From positions 27,326-91,325 of the forward strand of contig DATHPE010000008.1 of assembly GCA_035484215.1 (NCBI GenBank): a stretch of 64,000 nt of DNA, read 5' to 3'. Source of the DNA: Solirubrobacteraceae bacterium. Lineage in GTDB: Bacteria > Actinomycetota > Thermoleophilia > Solirubrobacterales > Solirubrobacteraceae. The notes beneath the pieces are model-generated. The model was not told the origin of the DNA. It worked only from the letters and a program-made list of their open reading frames with translations, and did not search any database. How positions within the stretch are numbered: position 1 is the first letter of the stretch; every line of letters starts with the position of its first letter. This document shows positions 28,614-39,839 of this stretch, piece after piece. A program made the translations under genes and the position numbers.

Positions 28614-29500
28614 GCCAGGCCGCTCGCCAGGAGATCGTGCTCGCGGGCGCGCGCGCCCTGCGCCGTCAGGTCGACCGCCAGAACCGCTGGGCCGACCTGA
28701 CGCTATGGGCGGGTGCTGGCATCCTCGCGGTGCTCGTCCTCGCCGCCGTCTTCGCCAGCGTGATCGCGCCCTACCAGCCGGACACGCAACACCTCACCGA
28801 AGGCTTCCTGCACCCATCCGGCGCGCACCTGTTCGGGACCGACGCCTTCGGCCGCGACATCTTCTCGCGCGCTCTGTACGGCCTGCGCGTGGACCTGCTG
28901 CTCGGCATCATCGCGACATACGTGCCGCTCGTGGTCGGGATGGCGCTCGGAGCGGTGGCGGGCTACTACCGCGGCTGGCCCGAGACGGTGATCATGCGTC
29001 TCACCGACGTCACCATCGCGCTGCCGTTCATCGTGCTGATCCTCGCGATCGTCGCGATCGTCGGGCCTGGTCTCACCGGTGTCTACATCGGTGAGATCGC
29101 CGTCTCGTGGGCGCTGTACGCGCGGCTCACGCGGGCCGAGATGCTCGTCCTGCGCGAGAAGCAGTTCATCGTCGCCGCGCAGGCGCTCGGCTACTCCACG
29201 CCACGCATCCTGTTCAAGCACGCCCTGCCCCACCTGGTCCGCCCCAACCTCGTGTTCTCGATGGCGGACATCGTGCTCAACATCCTCGTGCTGGCTTCGC
29301 TCTCGTTCCTTGGAGTGGGCGTTCAACCGCCGACCCCCGAGCTCGGGGCGATGATCGCCGAAGGCGGGCAGTACCTGCTCAGCGCGTGGTGGATAGCGAC
29401 GCTGCCCGGCCTGGTGCTCGTGCTCCTGGGCTCCGGCTTCTCGCTGATCGGCGACGCGCTGGCCGACCGCTTCGGGCAGCGCCTGGAGCTCCCGCGTTGA
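28610..29500 (+). CDS. ABC permease (DppC-like)
   Basis: HLFGTDAFGRDIFSR, FIVAAQALG, LSFLGVGVQPPTPELG; ATGA overlap. Confidence 0.93.
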   Translation: MSQAARQEIVLAGARALRRQVDRQNRWADLTLWAGAGILAVLVLAAVFASVIAPYQPDTQHLTEGFLHPSGAHLFGTDAFGRDIFSRALYGLRVDLLLGIIATYVPLVVGMALGAVAGYYRGWPETVIMRLTDVTIALPFIVLILAIVAIVGPGLTGVYIGEIAVSWALYARLTRAEMLVLREKQFIVAAQALGYSTPRILFKHALPHLVRPNLVFSMADIVLNILVLASLSFLGVGVQPPTPELGAMIAEGGQYLLSAWWIATLPGLVLVLLGSGFSLIGDALADRFGQRLELPR

Positions 29501-30537
29501 GCGCGCTCGGGCACGGCGGAGCCGCCCGGCCGGAGGCGGAGCGCGCCGAGGTCGACAACACGCTGGAGCTGCGCCGCCTGACGGTCGCGTTTCCCACACG
29601 CGACGGCCTGGCGGTCGCCGTCAACGACGTGTCGCTGAGCATCGCGCCCGGTCAGGTCACGGGCATCGTGGGCGAGTCCGGCTCGGGCAAGACGATGATC
29701 TGCCGCGCCATCCTCGGCCTCGTTCCCCGGCCCGGGGCGATCCTGGCCGGCGAGATCCTCTGGCGCGGGCGCGATCTCGCCAGCGCCAGCCCCAGCGGCC
29801 TGCGCCGCGTGCGCGGGCGCGAGGTCGCCATGATCTTCCAGGACCCCTCGAGCGCGCTGGACCCGCTGTTCACGATCGGCGACCAGATAGCCGAGCCGCT
29901 GCGAGCCCATCGCGGGCTCTCCCGCTCGGCGGCCGAGACGGAAGCGATCGAGCTGCTCGGGCGCGTGGGCATCCCATCCCCGCGCGAGCGCGTCAACGCA
30001 TACCCCCACCAGCTCAGCGGCGGCATGCGCCAGCGCGCGATGATCGCGATCGCGATCTCGTGCAAGCCCGCCCTCGTGCTGGCCGACGAGCCCACCACCA
30101 GCCTCGACGTGACGATCCAGGATCAGATCCTCGGCCTGCTGGCCGAGTTGCGCGACGAGTACGGCATGAGCATGGTGCTCGTGTCCCACGACCTGGGGGT
30201 CATCGCCCAGAACGCCGACACGGTGGCGGTGATGTACAGCGGCTCGATCGTCGAGACCGCGCCGACCGCCAAGATCTTCTCCGCCACGCGCCACCCCTAC
30301 ACCGCGGCCTTGATTCAGGCGCTGCCCACGATCCACGTGCAGGAGCGGCGCAGCGGGCTGGAGCCGATCCCCGGGCAACCGCCGTCGCTCGACGACCTGC
30401 CGCCCGGCTGCCCCTTCGGGCCCCGCTGCCAATACGCCACCGACGCCTGCCAGGCGGTGGACATGACGCGTGTCGCCGTGGGCGACGGGCACGACAGCGC
30501 CTGCCCGTTCGCCGAGACCGTGATGGTGGCATCGTGA
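29497..30537 (+). CDS. ABC ATPase (DppD-like)
   Basis: GESGSGKT, LSGGMRQR, LADEPTT, HPYT, PGCPFGPRC; TTG start inferred from the overlap. Confidence 0.92.
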   Translation: MSALGHGGAARPEAERAEVDNTLELRRLTVAFPTRDGLAVAVNDVSLSIAPGQVTGIVGESGSGKTMICRAILGLVPRPGAILAGEILWRGRDLASASPSGLRRVRGREVAMIFQDPSSALDPLFTIGDQIAEPLRAHRGLSRSAAETEAIELLGRVGIPSPRERVNAYPHQLSGGMRQRAMIAIAISCKPALVLADEPTTSLDVTIQDQILGLLAELRDEYGMSMVLVSHDLGVIAQNADTVAVMYSGSIVETAPTAKIFSATRHPYTAALIQALPTIHVQERRSGLEPIPGQPPSLDDLPPGCPFGPRCQYATDACQAVDMTRVAVGDGHDSACPFAETVMVAS

Positions 30538-31597
30538 GCGCGCCGGCAGACGCGCGGTCCGCCGGCGCGCGGCCCGACGCCGCGCCGATCCTCGAGGTCG
30601 AGGGGCTGCGCAAGAGCTTCGCCGTGTCACGCTCCCCGCTGCAGTGGGCGCGCCGGGAGCCGGCGCGCGCGCTCGTGGCCGTGGACGGGGTCTCGCTGGA
30701 GCTGCGTCGCGGCGAAGTGCTGGGCGTGGTGGGCGAGTCGGGCTGCGGCAAGACCACGCTCGCGCGCTGCGTGCTGCGCCTGCTCGAGCCCGACGAGGGC
30801 AGCATCCGCCTCGAGGGCAGCGAGCTGCTCACGCTCGGCCGCGCGGAGCTCAGATCGATGCGCAAGCGCGTGCAGATGGTCTTCCAGGATCCGTACGCCT
30901 CGCTCAACCCCCGCATGACCATCGGCGCGGCGATCGGCGAAGCAGCGCGCGTGCACCGACTCGTGGATCGCGCCGGCGAGCGGCGATACGTCGAGGAGCT
31001 GCTCGAGCTCGTCGGGCTGCCGGCCTCCGCGTACGGGCGTGCGCCCAAGGCGCTCAGCGGAGGCCAGCGCCAGCGCGCGGTCATCGCGCGCGCGCTCGCG
31101 CTGAAACCGGACGTGCTGATCGCCGACGAGGCGGTCTCGGCTCTGGACGTCTCGATCCAAGCCCAGATCCTCGGTCTGCTGCGCAGGCTCACCGACGAGC
31201 TCGGGCTGGCCACGCTGTTCATCGCCCATCAGCTCGCGGTGATCGCGCAGATATCCGACTCGGTGGCCGTCATGTACCTCGGCCAGATCGTCGAGCAGGG
31301 CCCGACGGCGGCGGTGTTCAGCGCCCCGCGCCACCCCTACACCCGCGCGTTGCTGGACGCCCACCCGGAGCCCGACCCGACCAGACGTCGAGACGCCCCC
31401 GCCGTGGCCGGCGACATCCCCTCGCCGCTGGACATGCCGAGCGGCTGCCGCTTCCACACGCGTTGCGCGTACGCGCAGGAGCGCTGCATGCAGGCCCAGC
31501 CGCTGACCGACTTCGGCGACGGTCGCCGCGCCCGCTGCGTGGTGCTTCCGCTCAGCGCCGGCGCGGCGGGCGAAGACGAGATCGAAGCTGCGCAGCC

Positions 31598-31601
<4 letters not shown>
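30534..31601 (+). CDS. ABC ATPase (DppF-like)
   Basis: GESGCGKT, LSGGQRQR, IADEAVSALD, HPYT, SGCRFHTRC. Confidence 0.92.
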
Positions 31602-32422
<821 letters not shown>

Positions 32423-32439
32423 CGCAGCGTCCGCGCCCT

Positions 32440-33438
32440 TCAGGCGCCCGGCGGGCGCAGCACGATCTTGGTCGCCTCATCGGGCCGCTCGACGAGCGTC
32501 TGAAACGCCGCCTGCCCGTCGTCGAGCGGGCGCTCGGTGATCCAGTGCCCGTAGGGCACGGCGCCGGCTCGCAGCAGCTCCAGGGCGGCATCGAAGTCGG
32601 CCTGGGTGTACGCGTAGGAGCACTGCAGTCGCAGCTCCTTGGCGACCGCCGCGTTGACGGCGAGCTCGCTGACCGCGCTGTGCAGGCCGAGCAGCACCAC
32701 GCAGCCGCCCGCGTCACAGCGCTCGATCGCCGTGCCGCGAGAGCCGCTGGTGCCGGCGGCGTCGACCACGTGGTCGAACAGCATGCCCTCCAGGCCCCCG
32801 TCATCCGGCGCCAGCGCGGCGTGCGCGCCGCTGGCGAGCGCCGCCTGTCGCCGTGCCCGCACCGGGTCGACCGCCGTGATGCGCGCCGCGCCGGCGACCC
32901 GCAGGACGGCGACGACGCTCAGCCCGATCGCCCCCGCGCCGAGCACGGCCACGTGACGGCCGAGCGTCGCCGGCAGCAGCGCGGCGACGTGAACCGCGTT
33001 GGCGATCGGCTCGGCCATCGCGCCCGCGAGCTCGTCGAGCGAGCCGAGCGCCGTGAGGCCCGTGTACGGCACCGCCACGAGCTCGGCGAAGCCGCCATCC
33101 ACCTGCATCCCCAGCAGCACGCGCTCGGGGCACACGTTGGAGCGCCCCGATCTGCACTGCTCGCAGCGGCCGCAGGGGTGCAGCGGGTTGACCGCCACGC
33201 GCTCGCCCAGCAGCTCCTTGGGAGCGGCCGAGCCGAGCGCCTCGACGACACCCGCCAGCTCGTGGCCGAAGATCCGCCCCGGCGGCCGGCGCGTGCTGTG
33301 CCCGGTGAAGCTCGTCAGCTCCGAGCCGCAGATGCCCGCCGCCGCCACCCGCACGAGCACCTCGTCCGCACGTGGCTCCGGACACGGCCGGCTCTCGGCG
33401 GCCATCTCGCCTGTGCCCTTGAAGACAAGTGCTTGCAT
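32440..33438 (-). CDS. Zn-dependent alcohol/polyol dehydrogenase (MDR family)
   Basis: GICGSE, GHE, CGRCEQC..SNVC structural Zn site, GAGAIG. Confidence 0.9.
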   Translation of the reverse strand: MQALVFKGTGEMAAESRPCPEPRADEVLVRVAAAGICGSELTSFTGHSTRRPPGRIFGHELAGVVEALGSAAPKELLGERVAVNPLHPCGRCEQCRSGRSNVCPERVLLGMQVDGGFAELVAVPYTGLTALGSLDELAGAMAEPIANAVHVAALLPATLGRHVAVLGAGAIGLSVVAVLRVAGAARITAVDPVRARRQAALASGAHAALAPDDGGLEGMLFDHVVDAAGTSGSRGTAIERCDAGGCVVLLGLHSAVSELAVNAAVAKELRLQCSYAYTQADFDAALELLRAGAVPYGHWITERPLDDGQAAFQTLVERPDEATKIVLRPPGA

Positions 33439-33630
33439 GTTCGACATAACATCACTGATGATAAGCGACAGAGATGCTAAGTGCAACCAGCCGCTGGCGC
33501 AGCCACTCGTATGGGTTCCTAAACTTATGGGTCATCCGGTGTCGATAGCTGTATACTCAAATGCTGATATGACATCTCGTGCGGAAAGCAACGCCGGGTT
33601 CGATCGTCAACCGCCGGTCGGTGGCCGCTC

Positions 33631-34395
33631 ATGAGCGGCTCGGTGAGCACCCGCGCCCAGTCGGCGCAGCTGGCCGCCGCGGGGCTGCGCGAACCGCGTC
33701 TGCACGAGCGTGTGGCCGTGGCGCTCGCGTGCGAGGTGATCAACGGCAGCCTGGCTCCCGGAGACCAGTTCCCATCGGCAGAGGAGATCGTCGAGCGCTT
33801 CGCGGTCTCGCGAACGGTGGCGCGGGAGACGGTCCAGACGCTCTCGATGGTGGGCCTGGTGCGAGTGCACCACGGCAAGCGCTCCGACGTGCGCCCGTCG
33901 GAGGAGTGGAACGTGCTGACACCGGTGGTGCAGGAGGCGCTGCGGCGCGAGGATCGACTGCAGCCGCTGTGGCACGACCTCTACGACTTCCGCCTGCTGA
34001 TAGAGCCGACGGCGGCTGCGTGGATGGCCGAGCGCGGCGCCGACCGCGAGCTGGCCCAGCTGTCCGCTCTCGCCACAGAGATGCGCGTGCTCACCGAGGA
34101 CATCGCCAACATCAGCCGCGTGCTCGCGGCCGACCAGGCGTTCCACCGGCTGATCGCCCAGGCCTCGAGCAACCTCGTGCTCGCCGCCGTCAGCCGCAGC
34201 TTCTGGGAGGCGCTGTCGGTCGTGTGGCTGGAGTCCCACCTGGGCGTCGAGGAGCTCCACGACGTCGCCGAGCAGCACCTGCTGATCGCCGAGGCGGTCG
34301 TACGTCGAGACGCTCCCGCCGCGGCGGAGGCGATGGAAAGCCATCTCAAGGCCGCCTCGACTATGGACATCGGCCACTTCCCGACAGAGCGCTAG
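33631..34395 (+). CDS. FadR/GntR-family regulator
   Basis: PGDQFPS..FAVSRTVARE wHTH; DQAFH..ASSN, QHLLIAEAV. Confidence 0.9.
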   Translation: MSGSVSTRAQSAQLAAAGLREPRLHERVAVALACEVINGSLAPGDQFPSAEEIVERFAVSRTVARETVQTLSMVGLVRVHHGKRSDVRPSEEWNVLTPVVQEALRREDRLQPLWHDLYDFRLLIEPTAAAWMAERGADRELAQLSALATEMRVLTEDIANISRVLAADQAFHRLIAQASSNLVLAAVSRSFWEALSVVWLESHLGVEELHDVAEQHLLIAEAVVRRDAPAAAEAMESHLKAASTMDIGHFPTER

Positions 34396-34427
34396 CGCTC
34401 ACGCGGCCTGCGAGCGAACGGACACGA

Positions 34428-36458
34428 GTGGCACTGCACGCCGGCATCGACACGGGGGGAACCTTCACCGACCTGGTGGCGCTGGACGCGACCGAGGGCA
34501 CGCTGCGCGCCCTGAAGACCTCCTCGCGCCCCGACCAGCCCGGGCGCGCGATCACCACCGCGCTGGCCGACGCCGGGATCGCGGGGGAGGCGCTCGAGCG
34601 TTTCACGCACGGGACGACCGTGGGCACCAACACGCTGATCGAGCGCACCGGCTGCCGTGTCGGGCTGCTCACCACCCAGGGGTTCGAGGACACGCCCTAC
34701 ATCCAACGCATCAACCGCAAGGTCCTCTACGACCTCAGCTGGACCAAGCCCAAGCCGCTCGTCGCCACCCGTCGCGCATGCCTCGGAGTGAGCGAGCGGC
34801 TGTCGGCCAGCGGCGAGATCGTCCGCGCCCTCGACGAGGACCAGGTGCGCGAGCTCTGCGCCGAGCTGCGCGAGCAGGGCATCGAGGCGGTCGCCATCTG
34901 CCTGCTGTTCTCCTATGCCTACACCGAGCACGAGCAGGCCGTCAAGCGCATCGTCGAAGAGGAGCTCGGAGCGATACCGGTGTCGGTCTCGCACGAGGTC
35001 GCGCCGATCTGGCGCGAGTACGAGCGCTCGAACACGACCGTCGCGGACGCCTACCTGAAGCCGCTGCTGCGTCGCTACGTGGCCAGCCTCAGCGACGAGC
35101 TCGTCGCATACGGGATGACGCGCACGTGGACGATCATGAAGTCCAACGGCGGCGCCATGCTGTCCTCGGCCGCCGCCACGTCGCCGATCCAGACGGTGAT
35201 GTCCGGGCCGGCCGGCGGCATGATCGCGGCCGAGCGCGTGGCCGCGCGAGAGGGCATCGCCAACGTGATCACGTTCGACATGGGCGGCACCAGCGCCGAC
35301 GTCGGCCTGATCGTCGACGGCCAGCAACGACACACCACCGAGTACGAGATCGAGTGGGGCCTGCCCGCCTCGGTGCCGGTCATCGACATCAAGTCGATCG
35401 GAGCCGGCGGAGGCTCCGTCGCGTGGGTCGACCGCGGCGGCTTCCTACGGGTGGGACCGCGCAGCGCCGGCGCCCAGCCGGGCCCCGCCTGCTACGGGCG
35501 CGGCGGCGAGGAGGCGACGGTGACAGACGCGAACCTGCTGCTCGGTCGCCTCGACCCCGGCTACTTCCTCGGCGGGCGCATGAGCCTCGAGCACAACCTC
35601 GCGCGAGCGGCGATCGAGCGCCTGGCGGGGCAGCTCGACATGGAGCCCCTGGAGCTGGCCGCCTCGATCGTGGAGATCGCCAACGAGAACACCGCCAACG
35701 CGATCAAGATGGTCTCGCTGGAGCGCGGCCACGATCCGCGGCGCTTCACGCTGCTCGGCTTCGGCGGCGCCGGCCCGCTGCACGCGGCCGCGGTCGCGCG
35801 CTCGCTGGACATCCCGCGCGTGCTGATCCCGCCGTTCCCCGGCGTGTTCTCCGCGGTCGGGCTGCTGCTCGCGGACCTGCGCGTGGACAAGATCTGGACG
35901 AAGGCCTTCCGCTCGACCGACGTCGACGCCGGCGAAGTGCAGCGCCAGTTCGCGCTGATCGCCGAGCGGGCGCTCGCGGAGCTCCGCCAGGAGGGCTTCA
36001 GCGGGAAGCCGGAGACGCGGCGCGCGATCAACATGCGCTACCTCGGCCAGAACTACGAGCACGAGCTCGAGCTGCCCGACGGCGAGGTGAGCGAGAGGAC
36101 GCTCGCCGACGCGTTCACGCGCTTCGCCGAGATGCACCAGGAGCGCTACGGCTACGCGATCGACGGCGAGACGATCGAGCTGGTCAGCTTCAAGGTCACC
36201 GCGATCGGCCGCCGGCCGCCGGTGCGACTCGTGGACGCGCCACCCGAGCACGTGCGCGAGCCCGCTCGGCGCGAGGTCTACTTCCGCGGCCTCGGCTTCC
36301 TCGACACCGCGCTCGTGCACCGCTCGAGCCTCGAGCTGGGCCAGGTCCTGCGCGGACCGGCGCTCGTGCAGGAGGACAGCTCCACCACGCTCGTGGCGCC
36401 CGAGATGACCGTGCGGCGCAGCGAGAACGGCAGCCTGCTGGTCGAGGTGCGGCCATGA
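34428..36458 (+). CDS. Hydantoinase/oxoprolinase family subunit A (ATP-dependent lactam hydrolase)
   Basis: IDTGGTFTD, HGTTVGTN, SGPAGG, DMGGTS, IGAGGGS, GPRSAGAQPGPACYG, VTDANL. Confidence 0.93.
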   Translation: MALHAGIDTGGTFTDLVALDATEGTLRALKTSSRPDQPGRAITTALADAGIAGEALERFTHGTTVGTNTLIERTGCRVGLLTTQGFEDTPYIQRINRKVLYDLSWTKPKPLVATRRACLGVSERLSASGEIVRALDEDQVRELCAELREQGIEAVAICLLFSYAYTEHEQAVKRIVEEELGAIPVSVSHEVAPIWREYERSNTTVADAYLKPLLRRYVASLSDELVAYGMTRTWTIMKSNGGAMLSSAAATSPIQTVMSGPAGGMIAAERVAAREGIANVITFDMGGTSADVGLIVDGQQRHTTEYEIEWGLPASVPVIDIKSIGAGGGSVAWVDRGGFLRVGPRSAGAQPGPACYGRGGEEATVTDANLLLGRLDPGYFLGGRMSLEHNLARAAIERLAGQLDMEPLELAASIVEIANENTANAIKMVSLERGHDPRRFTLLGFGGAGPLHAAAVARSLDIPRVLIPPFPGVFSAVGLLLADLRVDKIWTKAFRSTDVDAGEVQRQFALIAERALAELRQEGFSGKPETRRAINMRYLGQNYEHELELPDGEVSERTLADAFTRFAEMHQERYGYAIDGETIELVSFKVTAIGRRPPVRLVDAPPEHVREPARREVYFRGLGFLDTALVHRSSLELGQVLRGPALVQEDSSTTLVAPEMTVRRSENGSLLVEVRP

Positions 36459-38209
36459 CGCCCTCCCAGGGTGCGACGGATGCGCCGGCCGCGCTCGATC
36501 CGGTCACGCTGACGGTGCTCGACAACTACCTCACGAGCACCTGCCGCGACATGGGCGTGACGATGATGACCACCGCCTACTCGCCGATCTTCAACGAGTC
36601 GCTGGACTTCTCGTGCGTGATCTTCGACCCCCGCGGCCAGATGCTCGCGCAGGCGGAGTTCTGCCCGTCGCAGATCGGCACGATCAAGTTCACCGTCGAG
36701 TGGACGATCGCCGAGCTCGGCCTGGAGGCGTTCGAGCAGGGCGACGTGGTGATCCACAACGACCCCTACCGGGGATCCGGTCACGTGCCCGAGCACATGC
36801 TGCTGAGGCCCGTCTTCTGGGAGGGCGAGCTGGTCGCGTTCGTGGCCAACGTGGCCCACATGTCCGAGGTGGGAGCCAAGACGCCCGGGGGCCTGTCGGG
36901 GGACGCGACGGAGATCTTCCAGGAGGGACTGCTGATCCCGCCGGTCAAGATCAAGCGCCGCGGCGAGGACGTCCCCGACATCTGGAAGATGGTGCTGGCC
37001 AATCACCGCACGCCGCGCGTCACCTACGGCGACTTCCACGCGATGATGGCGTCACTGGAGCTCGCCGAGCGCCGCCTGCACGCGCTGATCGCCGAGCAGG
37101 GCCTCGACACGTTCACGGCCGGCGGAGATGAGCTGATCGCGATCGCCGAGCGGCGCATGCGCGCCGAGATCGAGGAGATACCCGATGGCGTCTACAGGTT
37201 CGAAGACGCGATCGAGGACGACGGGATCGGCGAGGGCTCCTTCCCGATGAAGCTCGAGCTGACGATCGACGGCAGCGAGGTGATCGCCGACTTCACCGGC
37301 TCGGCGCGCCAGGCCGTCGGACCCGTCAACGCCATCTACGCGGTCACCGCATCGGCGATCTACAACGCCTTCCTGCACCTCACCGACCCGACGATCCCTC
37401 GCAACGAGGGCTGCTACCGGCCGTTCACGATCGTCGCCCCGCGCGGCACGATCGTCAACTGCGAGTTCCCCGCGCCCGTCGCCGGCGGCAACACCGAGAC
37501 GAGCCCGCGGATCACCGACATGGTCTTCGGCGCGCTCGCCGACGCGATCCCCGAGCGCGTGGTCGCCTCCTGCGGCGGCACCTCCTCGCCCTTCCTGTTC
37601 GGCGGACGCGACGCCCGCAGTGGCGAGCCGTACGCCCACTTCCACTTCGAGGGCGTCGGCTGGGGCGGGCGCCACGACGCCGACGGCAACGACATGATCG
37701 TGACGATCAACGGCAACTGCCGCAACACGCCCGTCGAGGTCTTCGAGACCCGCTATCCGGCGTTTCGGATCGAGTCCTATCGCCTGACCACTGACTCGGG
37801 CGGCCCGGGCACCTTCCGCGGCGGCCTCGGTGGCGAGCGGATCTTCACGGTCACGGTCGCGGAGGTCACCGTGGGCGCGCTGCTGAACCGCATGCGCGCC
37901 GATCCGTGGGGCACCCTCGGCGGCGCGGCCGGCGCCCGTGGCGGGCTGTGGGTCCGTCGCGCCGGCAACGGTGAGTGGCGCACGTTCGTGGAGGAGTTCG
38001 GCACGGCGTCCCCGTCGAAGTTCTCGGGAGTCACCCTGCACGACGGCGACCAGGTGAAGATCGTGATGCCTGGCGGCGGCGGCTACGGCGACCCGCGCAA
38101 GCGCGATCGCGAGCGCGTCGAGCGCGACATCCACGAGGGCTTCGTCGGCATCGAGGCCGCGCGCGAGCACTACGGCTACGAGCTGGAGCGGGACGGCGCG
38201 GATGGGTGA
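36455..38209 (+). CDS. Hydantoinase/oxoprolinase family subunit B
   Basis: YSPIFNESLDFS, NDPY.G.GH.PE, HMSEVG, EIFQEG, NTPVEVFE, DSGGPG.FRGG, GGGGYGDP. Confidence 0.93.
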   Translation: MTPSQGATDAPAALDPVTLTVLDNYLTSTCRDMGVTMMTTAYSPIFNESLDFSCVIFDPRGQMLAQAEFCPSQIGTIKFTVEWTIAELGLEAFEQGDVVIHNDPYRGSGHVPEHMLLRPVFWEGELVAFVANVAHMSEVGAKTPGGLSGDATEIFQEGLLIPPVKIKRRGEDVPDIWKMVLANHRTPRVTYGDFHAMMASLELAERRLHALIAEQGLDTFTAGGDELIAIAERRMRAEIEEIPDGVYRFEDAIEDDGIGEGSFPMKLELTIDGSEVIADFTGSARQAVGPVNAIYAVTASAIYNAFLHLTDPTIPRNEGCYRPFTIVAPRGTIVNCEFPAPVAGGNTETSPRITDMVFGALADAIPERVVASCGGTSSPFLFGGRDARSGEPYAHFHFEGVGWGGRHDADGNDMIVTINGNCRNTPVEVFETRYPAFRIESYRLTTDSGGPGTFRGGLGGERIFTVTVAEVTVGALLNRMRADPWGTLGGAAGARGGLWVRRAGNGEWRTFVEEFGTASPSKFSGVTLHDGDQVKIVMPGGGGYGDPRKRDRERVERDIHEGFVGIEAAREHYGYELERDGADG

Positions 38210-38402
38210 GTGGCGCGACAGCGAGGTCACCTACCTGCAGCCCTACCGGGTGGTGTGCGCGCTATGTGGACAGCTCGTCCCGGGGCGCTACTGGCTGGAG
38301 CTGGCGGCCGGCGAGCAAAGGATCTTCTGCAACCCCGACCACGCGGCCAAGTACGAGAGCTACTGGCTGCCCCGTCACGGACAACCGGAGGCGTCACGAT
38401 GA
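38202..38402 (+). CDS. Small putative metal-binding protein (CxxC-x20-C-x3-H, TRASH-like)
   Basis: 66 aa; overlaps subunit B by 8 nt and RidA by ATGA, i.e. translationally coupled on both sides. Confidence 0.7.
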   Translation: MGEWRDSEVTYLQPYRVVCALCGQLVPGRYWLELAAGEQRIFCNPDHAAKYESYWLPRHGQPEASR

Positions 38403-38776
38403 GCATGCGTCCGATCACCACAACCGGCGCCCCCGCGCCCTCCGGCGGCTACTCGCAGGGGATCGTGGCGGAGCCATTCCTGTTCCTCTCCGGTCAGGGC
38501 CCCTTCGACGAGGCGGGCAAGCTCGTGGACAGCTCGATCGAGGCGCAGGTTCGCCAGGTGTTCGCGAACCTCCAGGCCGTGGCCGAGGCCGCGGGCACCT
38601 CGCTCACGCGAGCGCTGCGCGTCGGCGTGTACCTCAGCGACCTGGAGCACTTCGACGCGATGGACCGTGTCTACCGCGAGATCTTCAGCGAGCCACGCCC
38701 GGCGCGCACCACGATCCAGACCAACATCGCCGGCTTTGACGTCGAGGCCGACGCGGTAGTGCTGCTTGACCGCTGA
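38399..38776 (+). CDS. RidA/YjgF/UK114 family imine deaminase
   Basis: APAPSGGYSQG, LFLSGQGP, VFANL, VYL.D..F..MD.VY, RPARTTI, VEADAV. Confidence 0.9.
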   Translation: MSMRPITTTGAPAPSGGYSQGIVAEPFLFLSGQGPFDEAGKLVDSSIEAQVRQVFANLQAVAEAAGTSLTRALRVGVYLSDLEHFDAMDRVYREIFSEPRPARTTIQTNIAGFDVEADAVVLLDR

Positions 38777-39839
38777 GCCGCTCCCACCCGGTGGCGCAGA
38801 CACGCCATACGCGAGCGTCGACCTCGACGCCGTCACGCGCAACGTCGAGCGGATGCAGGCGTACTGCGACAGCCACGGCCTCGCGTGCCGGCCGCACGTC
38901 AAGACCCACAGGCTGCCCGCGATCGCCCACCAGCAGATCCGCGCAGGCGCCGTGGGGATCACCTGCCAGAAGCTCAGCGAAGCGGCGATCATGGTGGCGG
39001 CCGGCATCGAGGACGTGCTCATCGCCTACCCCGTGCTCGGCGAGGCCAAGCTCGAGCGCCTCTGCGGGCTGGCGGCGCTCGCGCGGATCTCGATCGCCGC
39101 CGACTCAGCGGAGATCGCGGTCGGCGTCTCCCACGCGCTCGCGCGCAGAGGATTGGAGCTGGACTTCCTGATCGAGTGCGACACCGGGCTGGGCCGCACG
39201 GGCGTGCAGAGCCCGGAGCAGGCGCTGGAGCTCGCGACCCTCGTCGACGGCCTGCCGGGGCTGCGCTTCGCCGGGCTGATGACCTACCCGACCAGTCCGC
39301 GCACCGAGCCGTTCTTCGCCGACGCGCGCGAGCGGATCGAGCGGGCGGGCCTGGAGGTGCGCACGCTCAGCGGGGGCGGCACGGAGACCGCCCTGCATAC
39401 GCACGAGCTGGCCAACCTCACGGAGTTGCGCACGGGGACCTACGTGTTCGGCGATCGCGCGTGCATCGCCAACGGCAGCGTCGCACTCGAAGACTGCGCG
39501 CTGCGCGTCCACGCCACCGTGGTCAGCCGCCCGACGCCTCGCCGGGCGATCCTCGACGCCGGCTCCAAGGTGCTCACCAAAGACCCGGTGGAGGCGGCCG
39601 GTGCGCACGGTTACGGACTGCTGCTCGAGCGTCCCGGAGCGCTGATCGACGAGCTCTTCGAGGAGCACGCCCGCGTGGAGCTCTCCAGCGAGGAAGCCCC
39701 GCTGGAGCTGGGCGAGGTCGTGAGCATCGTGCCCAACCACGCCTGCGGCACGACGTACATGCAGCCGCGGGTGCTCGTCCACCGCGGCGGGGAGGCCGCC
39801 GGCTGGTGGCCGGTCACCGGCCGCGGAGCAGTGCGATGA
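38766..39839 (+). CDS. Fold-type III PLP enzyme (D-threonine aldolase / D-serine dehydratase-like)
   Basis: TPYASVD, RPHVKTH, ECDTGLGRTG, SGGGT, ELRTGTYVFGD, LDAGSK, PNHAC. Confidence 0.88.
   Translation: MTAEPLPPGGADTPYASVDLDAVTRNVERMQAYCDSHGLACRPHVKTHRLPAIAHQQIRAGAVGITCQKLSEAAIMVAAGIEDVLIAYPVLGEAKLERLCGLAALARISIAADSAEIAVGVSHALARRGLELDFLIECDTGLGRTGVQSPEQALELATLVDGLPGLRFAGLMTYPTSPRTEPFFADARERIERAGLEVRTLSGGGTETALHTHELANLTELRTGTYVFGDRACIANGSVALEDCALRVHATVVSRPTPRRAILDAGSKVLTKDPVEAAGAHGYGLLLERPGALIDELFEEHARVELSSEEAPLELGEVVSIVPNHACGTTYMQPRVLVHRGGEAAGWWPVTGRGAVR

Noticed and set aside
34778-38209. 1143-aa ORF as a fused hydantoinase
   Set aside because: The first part is an off-frame read of subunit A; subunit B starts at 36455 by ATGA overlap.
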